A stretch of DNA of 43,107 bases from Acidimicrobiia bacterium (GTDB lineage Bacteria; Actinomycetota; Acidimicrobiia; Spongiisociales; JAHEDJ01). The stretch lies in contig JARGFH010000007.1 of assembly GCA_029210695.1 (NCBI GenBank), positions 62,001 to 105,107 of the forward strand. The letters are read 5' to 3'. The position numbers and the translations under genes were made by a program. This document shows, piece after piece, positions 1 through 9,483 of the stretch. The notes beneath the pieces are model-generated. The model saw only the letters and a program-made list of their open reading frames with translations. It was not told the DNA's origin and made no database searches. Each line of letters opens with the position of its first letter. Within the stretch, counting starts at the first letter, position 1.

Positions 1-2
1 GC

Positions 3-761
3 ATCGACGTAACGACCACGCCGGAGCTGACCGAGGCCGCTGATGCGCTGGCCGCCCTGGACGTCGAGGCTTTGGGTGGAGGCGTCGTGGATCCGACGTT
101 CCTCGCCCCGGTGGTCGCCCCCGGCAAGCTGATGGCGATAGGTCTCAACTACTCGGACCACATTCGTGAAACCAACTCGAACGCGCCGGTGAACCCGATC
201 CTGTTCATGAAAGCGAATACGTCGCTGACAGGGCCCGAGGACGACATCATCGTTGATGCAGCCATGACCTCAATGGCCGACTACGAGACCGAACTCACCG
301 CCATTATCGGGCGCCGTACCAAAGGCGTCTCCAAGAGCGAAGCACTCGATGCCGTCTTCGGCTACACCGTTGCCAACGACGTCACCGCCCGCGACTGCAT
401 GAAGTCCGACGGCCAGTTGGTCCGGTCCAAGAGCTTCGATACCTACTGTCCGATCGGGCCGTGGATCACCACCGCCGACGAGGTACCCGATCCGCAGGCA
501 CTCGGGATCAAGACGCTGGTCAACGGGGAAGTACGGCAGGACTCCACGACGGGCGAGATGCTGTTCCCGCTCGACCACCTCATTCACTTCCTTGCCAGGG
601 GAATGACCTTGGAGCCCGGTGACGTGTTGCTGACCGGAACCCCACACGGAGTGGGGTTCGTCATGGATCCGCCCCGTTTCCTCCAACCCGGGGACGTTGT
701 GGAGTGTGAAGTGGAGGGGCTAGGTAAGCTCCGCAATCGGGTCGTCGCACCCGCCAAGTAA
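3..761 (+). CDS. Fumarylacetoacetate hydrolase (FAH) family protein, 5'-truncated by window edge
   Basis: Frame is open from position 3. Motifs IGLNYSDH, DYETEL, GYTVANDVTARD, KSFDTYCPIGP and PGDVLLTGTP are typical of the FAH family. Confidence 0.9.
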   Translation: MDVTTTPELTEAADALAALDVEALGGGVVDPTFLAPVVAPGKLMAIGLNYSDHIRETNSNAPVNPILFMKANTSLTGPEDDIIVDAAMTSMADYETELTAIIGRRTKGVSKSEALDAVFGYTVANDVTARDCMKSDGQLVRSKSFDTYCPIGPWITTADEVPDPQALGIKTLVNGEVRQDSTTGEMLFPLDHLIHFLARGMTLEPGDVLLTGTPHGVGFVMDPPRFLQPGDVVECEVEGLGKLRNRVVAPAK

Positions 762-783
762 TCCGCCGGGAAGGAGTGCCGCG

Positions 784-1629
784 ATGGACGTAGGATTCAT
801 GGGATTGGGCGCCATGGGACGACCTATGGCTTCAAACCTCGCACGAGCAGGACACCGGGTGGTCGCCTGGAATCGCTCACCGCTCGAGGCGCCCGAGGGA
901 GTCGAATCGGCCGGCTCTCCACGGGCCGTCGGCGAGCAAACGGAAGTCGCCTTCGTCATGGTCTCGGCCGCCGATGCGGTCGAAGAAGTCGTGTTTGGCG
1001 AGAACGGCTGGGCCGATGGGGCCAAGCCGGGATCGGTGCTCATCCAATCATCCACCGTCGGACCGGCCGCCGCCGAGCGTATCGGAGCACGAGTCGCAGC
1101 AGCAGGGTTTGGTTTCCTCGACGCACCGGTCAGTGGCTCGGTGAAACCGGCCGAATCCGCCCAACTGACGGTTCTCGGCGGCGGCGACCAGGCCCTGTTC
1201 GACCGCTTCCAGAGTCTGTTCGACGCAATCTCCAAACGAACCGTGGTGTTCGGACCGGTCGGGAGCGGGTCGGTAGCCAAGCTCGGAGTGAACGGGTTTC
1301 TCGTAGCTGTGATCGCGGCTGCTTCCGAGAGTCTGTCGTGGCTCCGCGAAGCAGATCCCGAACTCGATATCACAACCTTTGCCTCGGTCATCGAGCGGAT
1401 TTCTCCGTTGGCGGCAGCCCGGGCTGAATCCATAACCGGTGAGGCGCCGGCGGGAGGCTTCTCGCTCCGGCAGGCTGCGAAAGACATGGAACTGGTCGGC
1501 GAGGAGTTTGGTTCCGGAGGCGTCATGGAAGCGGTGCGCAGCCTGACCCGATCGGGCCTCGAGCTGGGATTCGGCGAGCTCGACGTGTCGTGTCTCGGTG
1601 CTGTTGTCCGCAACCAGGGCAAAGCGTGA
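784..1629 (+). CDS. NAD(P)-dependent beta-hydroxyacid dehydrogenase (3-hydroxyisobutyrate/tartronate semialdehyde reductase family)
   Basis: N-terminal GFMGLGAMG Rossmann motif, FLDAPVSGS, catalytic Lys region AKLGVN, KD motif; AAGGAG RBS upstream. Confidence 0.88.
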   Translation: MDVGFMGLGAMGRPMASNLARAGHRVVAWNRSPLEAPEGVESAGSPRAVGEQTEVAFVMVSAADAVEEVVFGENGWADGAKPGSVLIQSSTVGPAAAERIGARVAAAGFGFLDAPVSGSVKPAESAQLTVLGGGDQALFDRFQSLFDAISKRTVVFGPVGSGSVAKLGVNGFLVAVIAAASESLSWLREADPELDITTFASVIERISPLAAARAESITGEAPAGGFSLRQAAKDMELVGEEFGSGGVMEAVRSLTRSGLELGFGELDVSCLGAVVRNQGKA

Positions 1630-2240
1630 CGGCAACGGCCGCTTTCGACGCAGAGGCCTGGGATTCGATAGCAGCCGCCAACCTATCCGACGTCATCGGT
1701 CGAGTAGGAGCGATGGACGGCGGTATCCGCCGCTTGAGTGGGCGGCGGATGGCCGGCCCGGCCCACACCGTTGTGACCGGCACCGGCGATTCGTCGACTA
1801 TTCACCGGGCACTGGTGCACGCCCAACCCGGCTCGGTGCTGGTCGTCGACGCCCAGGGTGGGACAGCCCGGGCCGTGTGGGGAGCCGTCATGACGGCGGC
1901 TGCGATGGCCCGCGGAATTGTCGGCGTGGTCATCGACGGTGCCGTCCGAGACATCGACGAGGTTGCAGCCACCGGTCTTTCGGTGTACGCCAGGGCGACC
2001 TGCCCGGCGGGCCCTCACAAGGGTTTCCGGGGCGCGCATGGGGTGCCGATCCAGTGTGGTGGGGTAGTGGTCAACCCCGGCGATGTCGTCGTAGGTGATG
2101 CCGACGGCGTCACGGTCGTACCCGCGCTCCAGGCCGAGGCGGCGCTCGCCGCGGTTGCGCGCGTGATCAGCGCGGAACGGGAATGGATGGATCGCATCCG
2201 GGCCGGTGAGTCGACGGCCGATATCCTGGGGTTGGAATAG
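1626..2240 (+). CDS. RraA-like / HMG-CHA aldolase family protein
   Basis: ANLSD, GPAHTV, GSVLVVD, WG, GVVIDGAVRD and PGDVVVGDADGV motifs. GTG start at 1626 overlaps the previous stop (GTGA). Confidence 0.85.
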   Translation: MTATAAFDAEAWDSIAAANLSDVIGRVGAMDGGIRRLSGRRMAGPAHTVVTGTGDSSTIHRALVHAQPGSVLVVDAQGGTARAVWGAVMTAAAMARGIVGVVIDGAVRDIDEVAATGLSVYARATCPAGPHKGFRGAHGVPIQCGGVVVNPGDVVVGDADGVTVVPALQAEAALAAVARVISAEREWMDRIRAGESTADILGLE

Positions 2241-2270
2241 CGGGTCGCTCCGACCGCGCGGAGCAACCCG
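2241..2270. terminator. GC-rich hairpin between convergent genes
   Basis: CGGGTCGCTCCG-accgcg-CGGAGCAACCCG: 12-bp stem with one mismatch, directly after the stop at 2240. Confidence 0.55.
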
Positions 2271-2299
2271 GTCCGATCCGTCCGCCTCCTTCGGATTGC

Positions 2300-3532
2300 C
2301 TAGCCGGTCCGGCCCGGCAGTACCTCTCCGACGATCTCGAGGAATTCGTCGTTGGTGAGAAGCCCTTTCTTGGCGAGCGACTTGCCCTTGACTTCAGCGA
2401 GGATCGTCTCGATCTGAGTCGTCTCTGCGTCGTTGATCCCGTTCTTGCCGAGCCAGATGGCAACTGAATCGATACCGGAGCCCTTGCCGAGGACGGCCTC
2501 CGGCTGCGGCTGACCAACGAGTTCCGGCCGGTAGGGGAAGGGCTCGGTGAGGTCATCACCGACGTTCTTCAACCAGGTGGTGATGATCCCGGATTCGACG
2601 TTGTACAGCTTCTCTCCGGTCACAGGTCGATTCGAAGGTTGCTGGACTCCCGATAAGTCGGCCACCAGACGGGCAATCTCTGTGAATTTCTCGGTCTTGA
2701 TGCCGAGGTCGACGCCGTACATCGTGAGGAGGGCCAGCACCGTCTCCTCAGTTGGGGCGTTTCCGGCCCGTTCCCCGATGCCGCTCACGGTGGTTTGGAG
2801 CACCGAGGCGCCCTCGCCTGCGGCCAGGATGGTGTTGGCGACGCCCATACCGAAGTCCATGTGGAAGTGTGTCTCGACCGGCACCTTCAAACGTTCCCGA
2901 ACCCGGCGCGTGTAGTAGGTGATGGCGTGGGGTGAACAAACGCCGAACGTGTCAACCAGGCCGATGTTGTCGACGTAACCGTTCGTGGCCACTGCTTCGA
3001 GATCGTCGAGCAAGTCGGTCATCGTGGCGCGCGTTGCGTCGATCGGGAAGAACGTGACTTTGAGGCCGTTCTCGTGGGCGAACAGAGTCGACTCGACCGA
3101 TGCTTCGATCGCTCGTTCCAGCGGCCAGCGGTAGGCCTTCTCAATCACGTGATGACTGGCCGGAACCTCCATGATCACCCCGGATACACCGCATTCGAGG
3201 GCCAGTTCGACATCGGAGATCATGCAACGCGAAAACGCATAGATCTCAGCATCGAATCCCGCCGCCGCGATCCGTTTCACCGCCTCGGTATCGGATGGAG
3301 AGACCGCAGGCAGACCTGCTTCGATGCGATGGATACCAGCCTCCGAGAGAGCCTCGGCTATTCGCAGTTTGTCGTCTACGGTGAACTCAACGCCGGCTTG
3401 TTGCTCACCATCTCGCAGTGTGACGTCGTGGATTTGAATCTTCTCGGGCAGATTGAACGAATCGGTCACCTCTGGCAAGTAATTCCAGGGGCTCGAGAAG
3501 AACATATCTGTTTTCCACGGGTGTTCTGACAT
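2300..3532 (-). CDS. DRE-TIM metallolyase of the LeuA/homocitrate synthase/citramalate synthase family
   Basis: HDVTLRDGEQQ, HFHMDFGMGVAN and GIGERAGNA motifs. About 410 aa, so no LeuA regulatory domain. ATG at 3532 with GAGGAG RBS. Confidence 0.85.
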   Translation of the reverse strand: MSEHPWKTDMFFSSPWNYLPEVTDSFNLPEKIQIHDVTLRDGEQQAGVEFTVDDKLRIAEALSEAGIHRIEAGLPAVSPSDTEAVKRIAAAGFDAEIYAFSRCMISDVELALECGVSGVIMEVPASHHVIEKAYRWPLERAIEASVESTLFAHENGLKVTFFPIDATRATMTDLLDDLEAVATNGYVDNIGLVDTFGVCSPHAITYYTRRVRERLKVPVETHFHMDFGMGVANTILAAGEGASVLQTTVSGIGERAGNAPTEETVLALLTMYGVDLGIKTEKFTEIARLVADLSGVQQPSNRPVTGEKLYNVESGIITTWLKNVGDDLTEPFPYRPELVGQPQPEAVLGKGSGIDSVAIWLGKNGINDAETTQIETILAEVKGKSLAKKGLLTNDEFLEIVGEVLPGRTG

Positions 3533-3559
3533 CTCTGCTCCTCGCGATTCGACCCACAC

Positions 3560-3580
3560 TATCCTGCATCCTGTAGGATA
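3560..3580. promoter_or_regulatory. Inverted repeat, candidate operator of the adjacent GntR regulator
   Basis: TATCCTGCA-tcc-TGTAGGATA (9-bp arms, one mismatch) in the divergent intergenic region. Confidence 0.5.
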
Positions 3581-3695
3581 TCAGATCGAACGCCGACGGC
3601 CCGATTGCAGTCCGATGGAACGTCGTTCAGGCGCTCTTTCGGTCCGGGGTAGGCTGCCGGCTTGGCTCGGAGTTGGATCTAGTGGCAGCAAAGGA

Positions 3696-4385
3696 ATGGA
3701 GTACGAGGTGAGTGAACCGATGGGTGGGACGGCGACCAATGCCGGCTCGATCTCCAACGCCCGAAGAACCACCCACGAACTCGTTCTAGAGATGCTGCGG
3801 CGACAGATCCTCTCAGGCGAACTCGCCGCCGGCGCTCGTCTGGTCCAGTCGGAACTCGCTCTTTCGATGGAGGTGAGTACGACCCCCGTTCGAGAAGCTC
3901 TGCGCGATCTCGCATCTGAGGGCCTGGTCAGATTCGACCCTCACATTGGAGCCGTCGTGCAGGGGTTGAGCTCCGTCGAGTTCCGCGAGATCTACGAAGT
4001 TCGGATGCTTCTCGAGCCGATGGCGATACGCAAGGCCACGGGTGCGATGACGGCTGAGCTCCTGGATCGCCTCGAGCAGATCCATCATTCAATGCAGGAA
4101 GAGGAGGATCCCGCTCGCTGGGTCCAGCTCAATCGAAGTTTCCACCTGGGTATCTATGAGACGGGTGTCTCTCCCCGGATCGCCGCCATCATTCGATCAT
4201 TGCAGGATGCCTCAGTGATGTACGTCGGCGTCGCGCTCGGTCAAACCGATCTGCTCGGCGAAGGAAATGAGGGCCACGGTGCCATCATCAGCGCGCTTCG
4301 CGCCGGCGATCCGGACATGGCAGCCAAAGCGACGCTCCATCACCTCCAGGTGACGATGAAGGCATTCGACAGCCTCCACGACTGA
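3696..4385 (+). CDS. GntR family transcriptional regulator (FCD domain)
   Basis: wHTH segment LRRQILSGEL...VSTTPVREALRDLASEGLV; FCD features EIYEVRMLLE, NRSFH, EGHGAIISAL. Start uncertain (3696, 3708 or 3720). Confidence 0.9.
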   Translation: MEYEVSEPMGGTATNAGSISNARRTTHELVLEMLRRQILSGELAAGARLVQSELALSMEVSTTPVREALRDLASEGLVRFDPHIGAVVQGLSSVEFREIYEVRMLLEPMAIRKATGAMTAELLDRLEQIHHSMQEEEDPARWVQLNRSFHLGIYETGVSPRIAAIIRSLQDASVMYVGVALGQTDLLGEGNEGHGAIISALRAGDPDMAAKATLHHLQVTMKAFDSLHD

Positions 4386-4544
4386 CCGACGCCGTCTGCC
4401 TTATGATCGCGCTCCCCGCTCGTAGACGCGCAACCCCAAACCTGCACCCTTTCCCGGTTTGGTGAGCCTTTGGGGGTCCTCCGCATACTCCCTCGTGGAT
4501 GGGTGCCACATAGGGGCTCGCCTGCAAAGAAGGAGATCGAGTAC

Positions 4545-5474
4545 ATGAAGTCCTTTCTCGTTTTGGTTGTTGTTGGGTTGACGATCTCAGCGTGTGGAGG
4601 TGGCGCCGAAACCGGGGGAACGGCGGCGACGTCCGACGGTGGATCCACGCAAAGCGAAGCTGTTGAAACGTCCGGCGCCACAAACCAGGCAGCGGCCGGG
4701 GGGTCGGGCTTCTGTCGAGCAGTTCTCGACCTGGTCGACGAGTTCATTGCTTTGGACGAGAACGACCCCACTCTGGAAGGGAATGACTTCTACGGGTTCA
4801 TGGAGGACATCTTCCGACGTCTGTCCGCCGAGGCTCCAGCAGAACTCGAAGCCGACTTCTCCCTGACTATCGCGGCCGTCGAACGATTCGGCGAGTGGGC
4901 GAAGGATCCGCTTCAGCCGGAGCCACTTAACGATGCCGAACTGCAGGCGTTCGAAGAGGCGAACCTCCGGATTGAAAGCTACATAGAGGACGAGTGCGGG
5001 GTCGACCTCACAGATGAAGACGCGCAAGCCGCCGAGGGATTTGACACGGCAGGGTCGGCCGGAACCAGCGGCGCCGCCTCCTTGGCCACTCAGACGATCA
5101 CCATCGGTGGTGAGACCTACGAGGAGAACCTAAGTGGAGATTATGAGGTGTCGTGCGATTTGTATGGTGACGCCGAAACCGGTGCGATCGGTATCTACCT
5201 GGACGGTCCCGAGTTCCAATCGTCCGTATCGAGCTACGACTCGGGAGTCGAACCCGGGACCTATGAAGGACAGGTATTCGTGTTCGCCTCGGATCCGGTC
5301 CTCGACGAACTCACCTGGGATCTTCAGGAGGTTGACGGCACATTCGTCCTGGACCAGGCAGAATCGGTTTCGGACGAAGAGTGGTCCTTCTCAGGGAGCT
5401 TCTCCGCCTCGATCGAAGATCCGGCTGCGTCAATCGATGTGACGTTCAGCTGCATCGGGCTGGTGGGGTACTAG
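4545..5474 (+). CDS. Hypothetical acidic lipoprotein
   Basis: AAGGAG RBS; signal peptide MKSFLVLVVVGLTISA-C with lipobox; T/S/G-rich linker; very D/E-rich mature part with four further Cys. Confidence 0.75.
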   Translation: MKSFLVLVVVGLTISACGGGAETGGTAATSDGGSTQSEAVETSGATNQAAAGGSGFCRAVLDLVDEFIALDENDPTLEGNDFYGFMEDIFRRLSAEAPAELEADFSLTIAAVERFGEWAKDPLQPEPLNDAELQAFEEANLRIESYIEDECGVDLTDEDAQAAEGFDTAGSAGTSGAASLATQTITIGGETYEENLSGDYEVSCDLYGDAETGAIGIYLDGPEFQSSVSSYDSGVEPGTYEGQVFVFASDPVLDELTWDLQEVDGTFVLDQAESVSDEEWSFSGSFSASIEDPAASIDVTFSCIGLVGY

Positions 5475-5569
5475 GCCGACCCGCACCCGTGTGGTGGTGA
5501 TGTTCCCGGTCGTGATGATCGAGTGGGGCCGGCGATCCCGGTCACCGTCAACGGGAACAGGGGGTGCGG

Positions 5570-5818
5570 CTAGCTATCGGATGGTGGCCGGATCCGCGAC
5601 GCGACGACAAATCCGACAATCGGCCCGGCGGTCAAAATCGCCACGGTCGTAATGCCCAGCAGCACGTTGGTCTCGAAGACCTCGGGGAGGCTCGCTTCAT
5701 AGCCCTGGTCGACCCCGGCGAAGATAACGAGGTTGACCGCAACGATCCCTCCAATCATCAGGCCGATGATCGCTCCGGCCAGTCTTCCAATGATGCGGCC
5801 GGGCGTATGTGTGCTCAT
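5570..5818 (-). CDS. Small hypothetical membrane protein (two predicted TM helices)
   Basis: 82 aa with two long hydrophobic stretches separated by a short acidic loop; GAGG upstream. Confidence 0.6.
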   Translation of the reverse strand: MSTHTPGRIIGRLAGAIIGLMIGGIVAVNLVIFAGVDQGYEASLPEVFETNVLLGITTVAILTAGPIVGFVVASRIRPPSDS

Positions 5819-5955
5819 CTAAGTAGCCTCGCGCCGCCGGGTGAGTACCTCATAGAGGCTTCTTCCTCAGCCCCGTGGGACCAGGCCGCTTCCGGGATAC
5901 CCGGATGCGCACCGTCCTGTAGGATGCTGGCAAAACGCTCTAGAGGAGGCCCCTA

Positions 5956-7914
5956 GTGGCATACGGATATGCGGGCAAGATCCTGCACGTCGACCTGACG
6001 TCGGGCTCACTCGAAATCGAGAAACCACCGGAAGAGCTGTACCGCACCTACATGGGCGGAAGCGCCCTCGGCCTCTATTACCTGCTCAAGAACACTCCTG
6101 CCGGCGCAGATCCCTACGGACCTGAAAACACACTGGCCTTCATGTTGTCCGGCATCACCGGTGCGCCAATCGCCGGTCAGAGTCGGGCCACCGTCGTCGC
6201 CAAGTCGCCGCTGACCGGCGGGGTAGGGGACAGCCAGGCCGGAGGCTTCTGGCCGGCCGAGCTCAAGTTCGCCGGATTCGACGGCATCGTCGTGCGCGGA
6301 ATCTCCCCCAAACCGGTCTACCTCTGGATCAATCAGGGCGAGGTGGAACTGCGCGATGCCTCACATCTCTGGGGCAAGATGACCGTCGAGACCGAAGAAA
6401 TCCTGCAAGAGGAACTCGGGGACAACCGCATCCAGGTCGCCCAGATCGGACCGGCTGGGGAGAACCTGGTCCGCTTCGCCGCCATCATGAACATGGCGAC
6501 CCGGGCCCATGGGCGGACCGGGATGGGCGCCGTGATGGGCAGCAAGAAGCTGAAGGCGATCGTGGTCCGCGGCGGCAAGAAGAAACTGCCGATGGCCGAT
6601 CCGGAAGGCGTTAGGGCGATCATGCAGCCGTCGATCCCGGCCATCCGGGAAGACGAAGACGTTTGGGAAATCGCCAAGTACGGAACCCTCGGAATCCTCG
6701 AGAGCCAGAACGCGGTGGGAGGGCTGCCGACCCGCAACTATCAGAGCGGCTGGATGGGCTTCGACCGGGCGGCTGCGATCGGTGGCGAGCGCCTCTTCAA
6801 TGAACTCCTTCGCGGCGCCGATGAAGGCAATCAACTGAAGCTGGGTCGCGAGACCTGTTACTCGTGTGCGGTTCGGTGCAAGCGAGTGGTCGACGCTGAG
6901 TGGCAGGGCCGGAACGTCGACCCGAAGTCGGGTGGCCAGGAGTACGAAACCTCATCGGTGTTTGGTTCCTACTGCGACATCGACGACATACATGCCATTG
7001 CCTATGCCAACCAACTCTGTAATGAATACGGCGTGGATACCATTGCTGCAGGTGCGACGATGGCTTTTGCCATCAATTGCTTCGAGGCGGGTCTGATCAC
7101 GGCGGCCGATACCGGGGGCATCGAACTCGGGTGGGGAAAGGCCGACGCCATGATCGCCATGCTGGAGAAGACGCTCAACCGGGAGGGGTTCGGTGATGTC
7201 CTGGCGGAGGGCTCGGCCCGGGCCGGCGCACATATCGGCAACGGTGCAGAGGATTTGGTAATCGCGGTCAAGGGTGCCGAGCTTCCCGCCCACATGCCGC
7301 AAGTCAAACCGTCTCTGGCGGTGATCTACGCGGTGAACCCGTTCGGGGCCGACCACCAGTCCAGTGAGCACGATCCCAACTACACGCCGGAACTAGTCGC
7401 AGAGTCGCCGGAGAAGTACGGCAAGCGGGCGGCCGACATCGGCCTGACGAATCCTCAGCCGGAGGAAGCGCTCAACGCGGCCAAGGTCGAGTATGCGCTG
7501 ATCACCCAGTACGCCTACTCGGCGCTGGACTCCGCAGACGTCTGCCAGTTCGTGTTCGGGCCGGGTTGGCAACTTCTCGGTATGGAGGAGTTGGCCGCGG
7601 TCATCACTGCAGTACACGGTGAGGAGACGACGGTCGCCGACCTGCTGACACTGGGGGCTCGCCGGCTCAACATGCTCCGGGCCTTCAATGCACGTGAAGG
7701 CATCACACGTGAGCGAGACACCCTTCCCAAGCGATTGTTCGAACCACTCGACGGCGGACCCAGCGACGGCAAGTTGGTTGATCGGGTCGAATTCGAGGCT
7801 GCCCTCGAGACCTATTACGAGATGGCGGGCTGGGATCCGATCACGGGCAACCCGCCCAGAGAGACGCTCGAGAACCTCGAGCTCGGCTGGGTGGCCGACG
7901 AACTCGGCGTGTAG
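5956..7914 (+). CDS. aor: Aldehyde:ferredoxin oxidoreductase (tungsten AOR/WOR family)
   Basis: GYAGKILHVDL, KSPLTGG, GRTGMGAVMGSKKLKAI, [4Fe-4S] motif CYSCAVRC plus distal C (DVCQF), CNEYGVDTI; GAGGAGG RBS. Confidence 0.92.
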   Translation: MAYGYAGKILHVDLTSGSLEIEKPPEELYRTYMGGSALGLYYLLKNTPAGADPYGPENTLAFMLSGITGAPIAGQSRATVVAKSPLTGGVGDSQAGGFWPAELKFAGFDGIVVRGISPKPVYLWINQGEVELRDASHLWGKMTVETEEILQEELGDNRIQVAQIGPAGENLVRFAAIMNMATRAHGRTGMGAVMGSKKLKAIVVRGGKKKLPMADPEGVRAIMQPSIPAIREDEDVWEIAKYGTLGILESQNAVGGLPTRNYQSGWMGFDRAAAIGGERLFNELLRGADEGNQLKLGRETCYSCAVRCKRVVDAEWQGRNVDPKSGGQEYETSSVFGSYCDIDDIHAIAYANQLCNEYGVDTIAAGATMAFAINCFEAGLITAADTGGIELGWGKADAMIAMLEKTLNREGFGDVLAEGSARAGAHIGNGAEDLVIAVKGAELPAHMPQVKPSLAVIYAVNPFGADHQSSEHDPNYTPELVAESPEKYGKRAADIGLTNPQPEEALNAAKVEYALITQYAYSALDSADVCQFVFGPGWQLLGMEELAAVITAVHGEETTVADLLTLGARRLNMLRAFNAREGITRERDTLPKRLFEPLDGGPSDGKLVDRVEFEAALETYYEMAGWDPITGNPPRETLENLELGWVADELGV

Positions 7915-7977
7915 CAGAGGACCCCGCTCGACGGAGTGATCCGGCCGGGGTGCTGTTTACGCACGTGAGGACGAATA

Positions 7978-9483
7978 TTGGCCACAGTCAGGCTCCCAAG
8001 CTCGCTCGACAAGTACGCCGGTGGGCGAAGGTCCATCGAGGTAACCGCCGCGACCGTCGACGCCGCCCTGCGGCAGGCGGTAGAGGCACATCCCGATCTC
8101 CGCATCCGGCTCTTCGATGACTCGGGAGAACTGCACCCGCATCTGATGGTGTTCTGTCGCGAGGCGGAAGTTCCCCGCCGGGACCTGGCGGCGACTGCGC
8201 TAGAGGAAGGCGATCGGGTAGATCTGCTGATCGCCATAGCCGGAGGTGCAGATGACGTTCGCATGCGAGGGTTCCGGCAGCGAGCGAGCGTCGAACAGGC
8301 GATATCGGCGGCCCTCGACGGCGTGGATCCGTTGGACGCTGAGGCCGTCGAGGTCACCGAGTGTGCCGGGAGGGTGCTGGCCGGCGACGTGCGGAGCGAG
8401 GTGAACGTGCCGGGGTTCCGCCGGGCAACGATGGATGGGTTCTCCGTTCGGGCAGCCGACACGTTCGGGGCGTCTGCGTACAACCCGGTGATCCTGAATC
8501 TGGTCGGATCTTCGATGCCGGGGGTTTCGACGACGGGCTCGATCGAGGGCGGCGCCGCCGGACGGATCATGACGGGTGCGCCGGTCCCGGACGGCGCCGA
8601 CGCGGTGTTGCGAGCTGAGGACGCCCTGGAAACCGGCGGTCGCGTCGAGGTGCGGGCTCCGGTAGCCCCAGCGAAGAACGTCGGCAGGGTCGGAGAGGAT
8701 ATCGAGACCGGGACGACCGTGTTACGCCGAGGGAGGCGTCTGCTACCCCAGGATGCGGGGTTGCTGGCGTCGATCGGACACCATCCCGTGCTGGTGCACC
8801 GGCGGCCGGTGGTGCGTGTCATCGTGTCTGGTGATGAGTTGCTGGCACCGGGTGAACGCCCTGAGGGCTCGAAGATCGTCGACAGCAACTCTCCTATGCT
8901 CGCCGCGCTGGTGATTCGCGACGGTGGTAGCCCGGAGATCGTGCGGCTCCCGGATGACGAGCAGGCGATGCGCGACGCGCTGAGCCGGCCGGGCGCCGAT
9001 GTGATCGTTACCGCCGGCGCTGCCTCGGTCGGGACGGAGGACCGGGTACCGGTGATCGTCGATGAACTGGGCGAACTCGTTGTCCACGGTGTGGCTATGC
9101 GCCCGTCCTCGCCGACCGGGGTGGGCAGGATCGCCGGTGTTCCAGTGCTTCTCCTGCCGGGCAATCCGGTGTCGTGCCTGGTTGCCTACGACTTCTTCGC
9201 CGGGCCGGTCATACGCCGGATGGGGGGATTGCCCGAGCAGTGGCCATATCTGTCCGTCCGACTGCCGCTCGAACAGCGTCTCGTGTCACAGATCGGCCGC
9301 ACTGATTACGCCAGGGTCCAGATCGAGAACGGGCGCGTTCGCCCGCTCGCCATCTCCGGTGCATCGGTTCTGTCCTCGGTAACCAGAGCTTCCGGTTTCG
9401 TGGTGGTTCCCTCCGGGCTGGAAGGATATGCGGAGGGGACCGGAGTGGAAGTTCACCTCTACGACCCGGCGCTCGTCCGATGA
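7978..9483 (+). CDS. moeA: MoaD/ThiS ubiquitin-like domain fused to molybdopterin molybdo/tungsto-transferase MoeA
   Basis: Residues 1-90 look like a beta-grasp domain ending IAIAGG. Then MoeA motifs RATMDGFSV, IMTGAPVP, SGDEL, DSN, LPGNPVS. TTG start with GAGGA RBS. Confidence 0.88.
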   Translation: MATVRLPSSLDKYAGGRRSIEVTAATVDAALRQAVEAHPDLRIRLFDDSGELHPHLMVFCREAEVPRRDLAATALEEGDRVDLLIAIAGGADDVRMRGFRQRASVEQAISAALDGVDPLDAEAVEVTECAGRVLAGDVRSEVNVPGFRRATMDGFSVRAADTFGASAYNPVILNLVGSSMPGVSTTGSIEGGAAGRIMTGAPVPDGADAVLRAEDALETGGRVEVRAPVAPAKNVGRVGEDIETGTTVLRRGRRLLPQDAGLLASIGHHPVLVHRRPVVRVIVSGDELLAPGERPEGSKIVDSNSPMLAALVIRDGGSPEIVRLPDDEQAMRDALSRPGADVIVTAGAASVGTEDRVPVIVDELGELVVHGVAMRPSSPTGVGRIAGVPVLLLPGNPVSCLVAYDFFAGPVIRRMGGLPEQWPYLSVRLPLEQRLVSQIGRTDYARVQIENGRVRPLAISGASVLSSVTRASGFVVVPSGLEGYAEGTGVEVHLYDPALVR

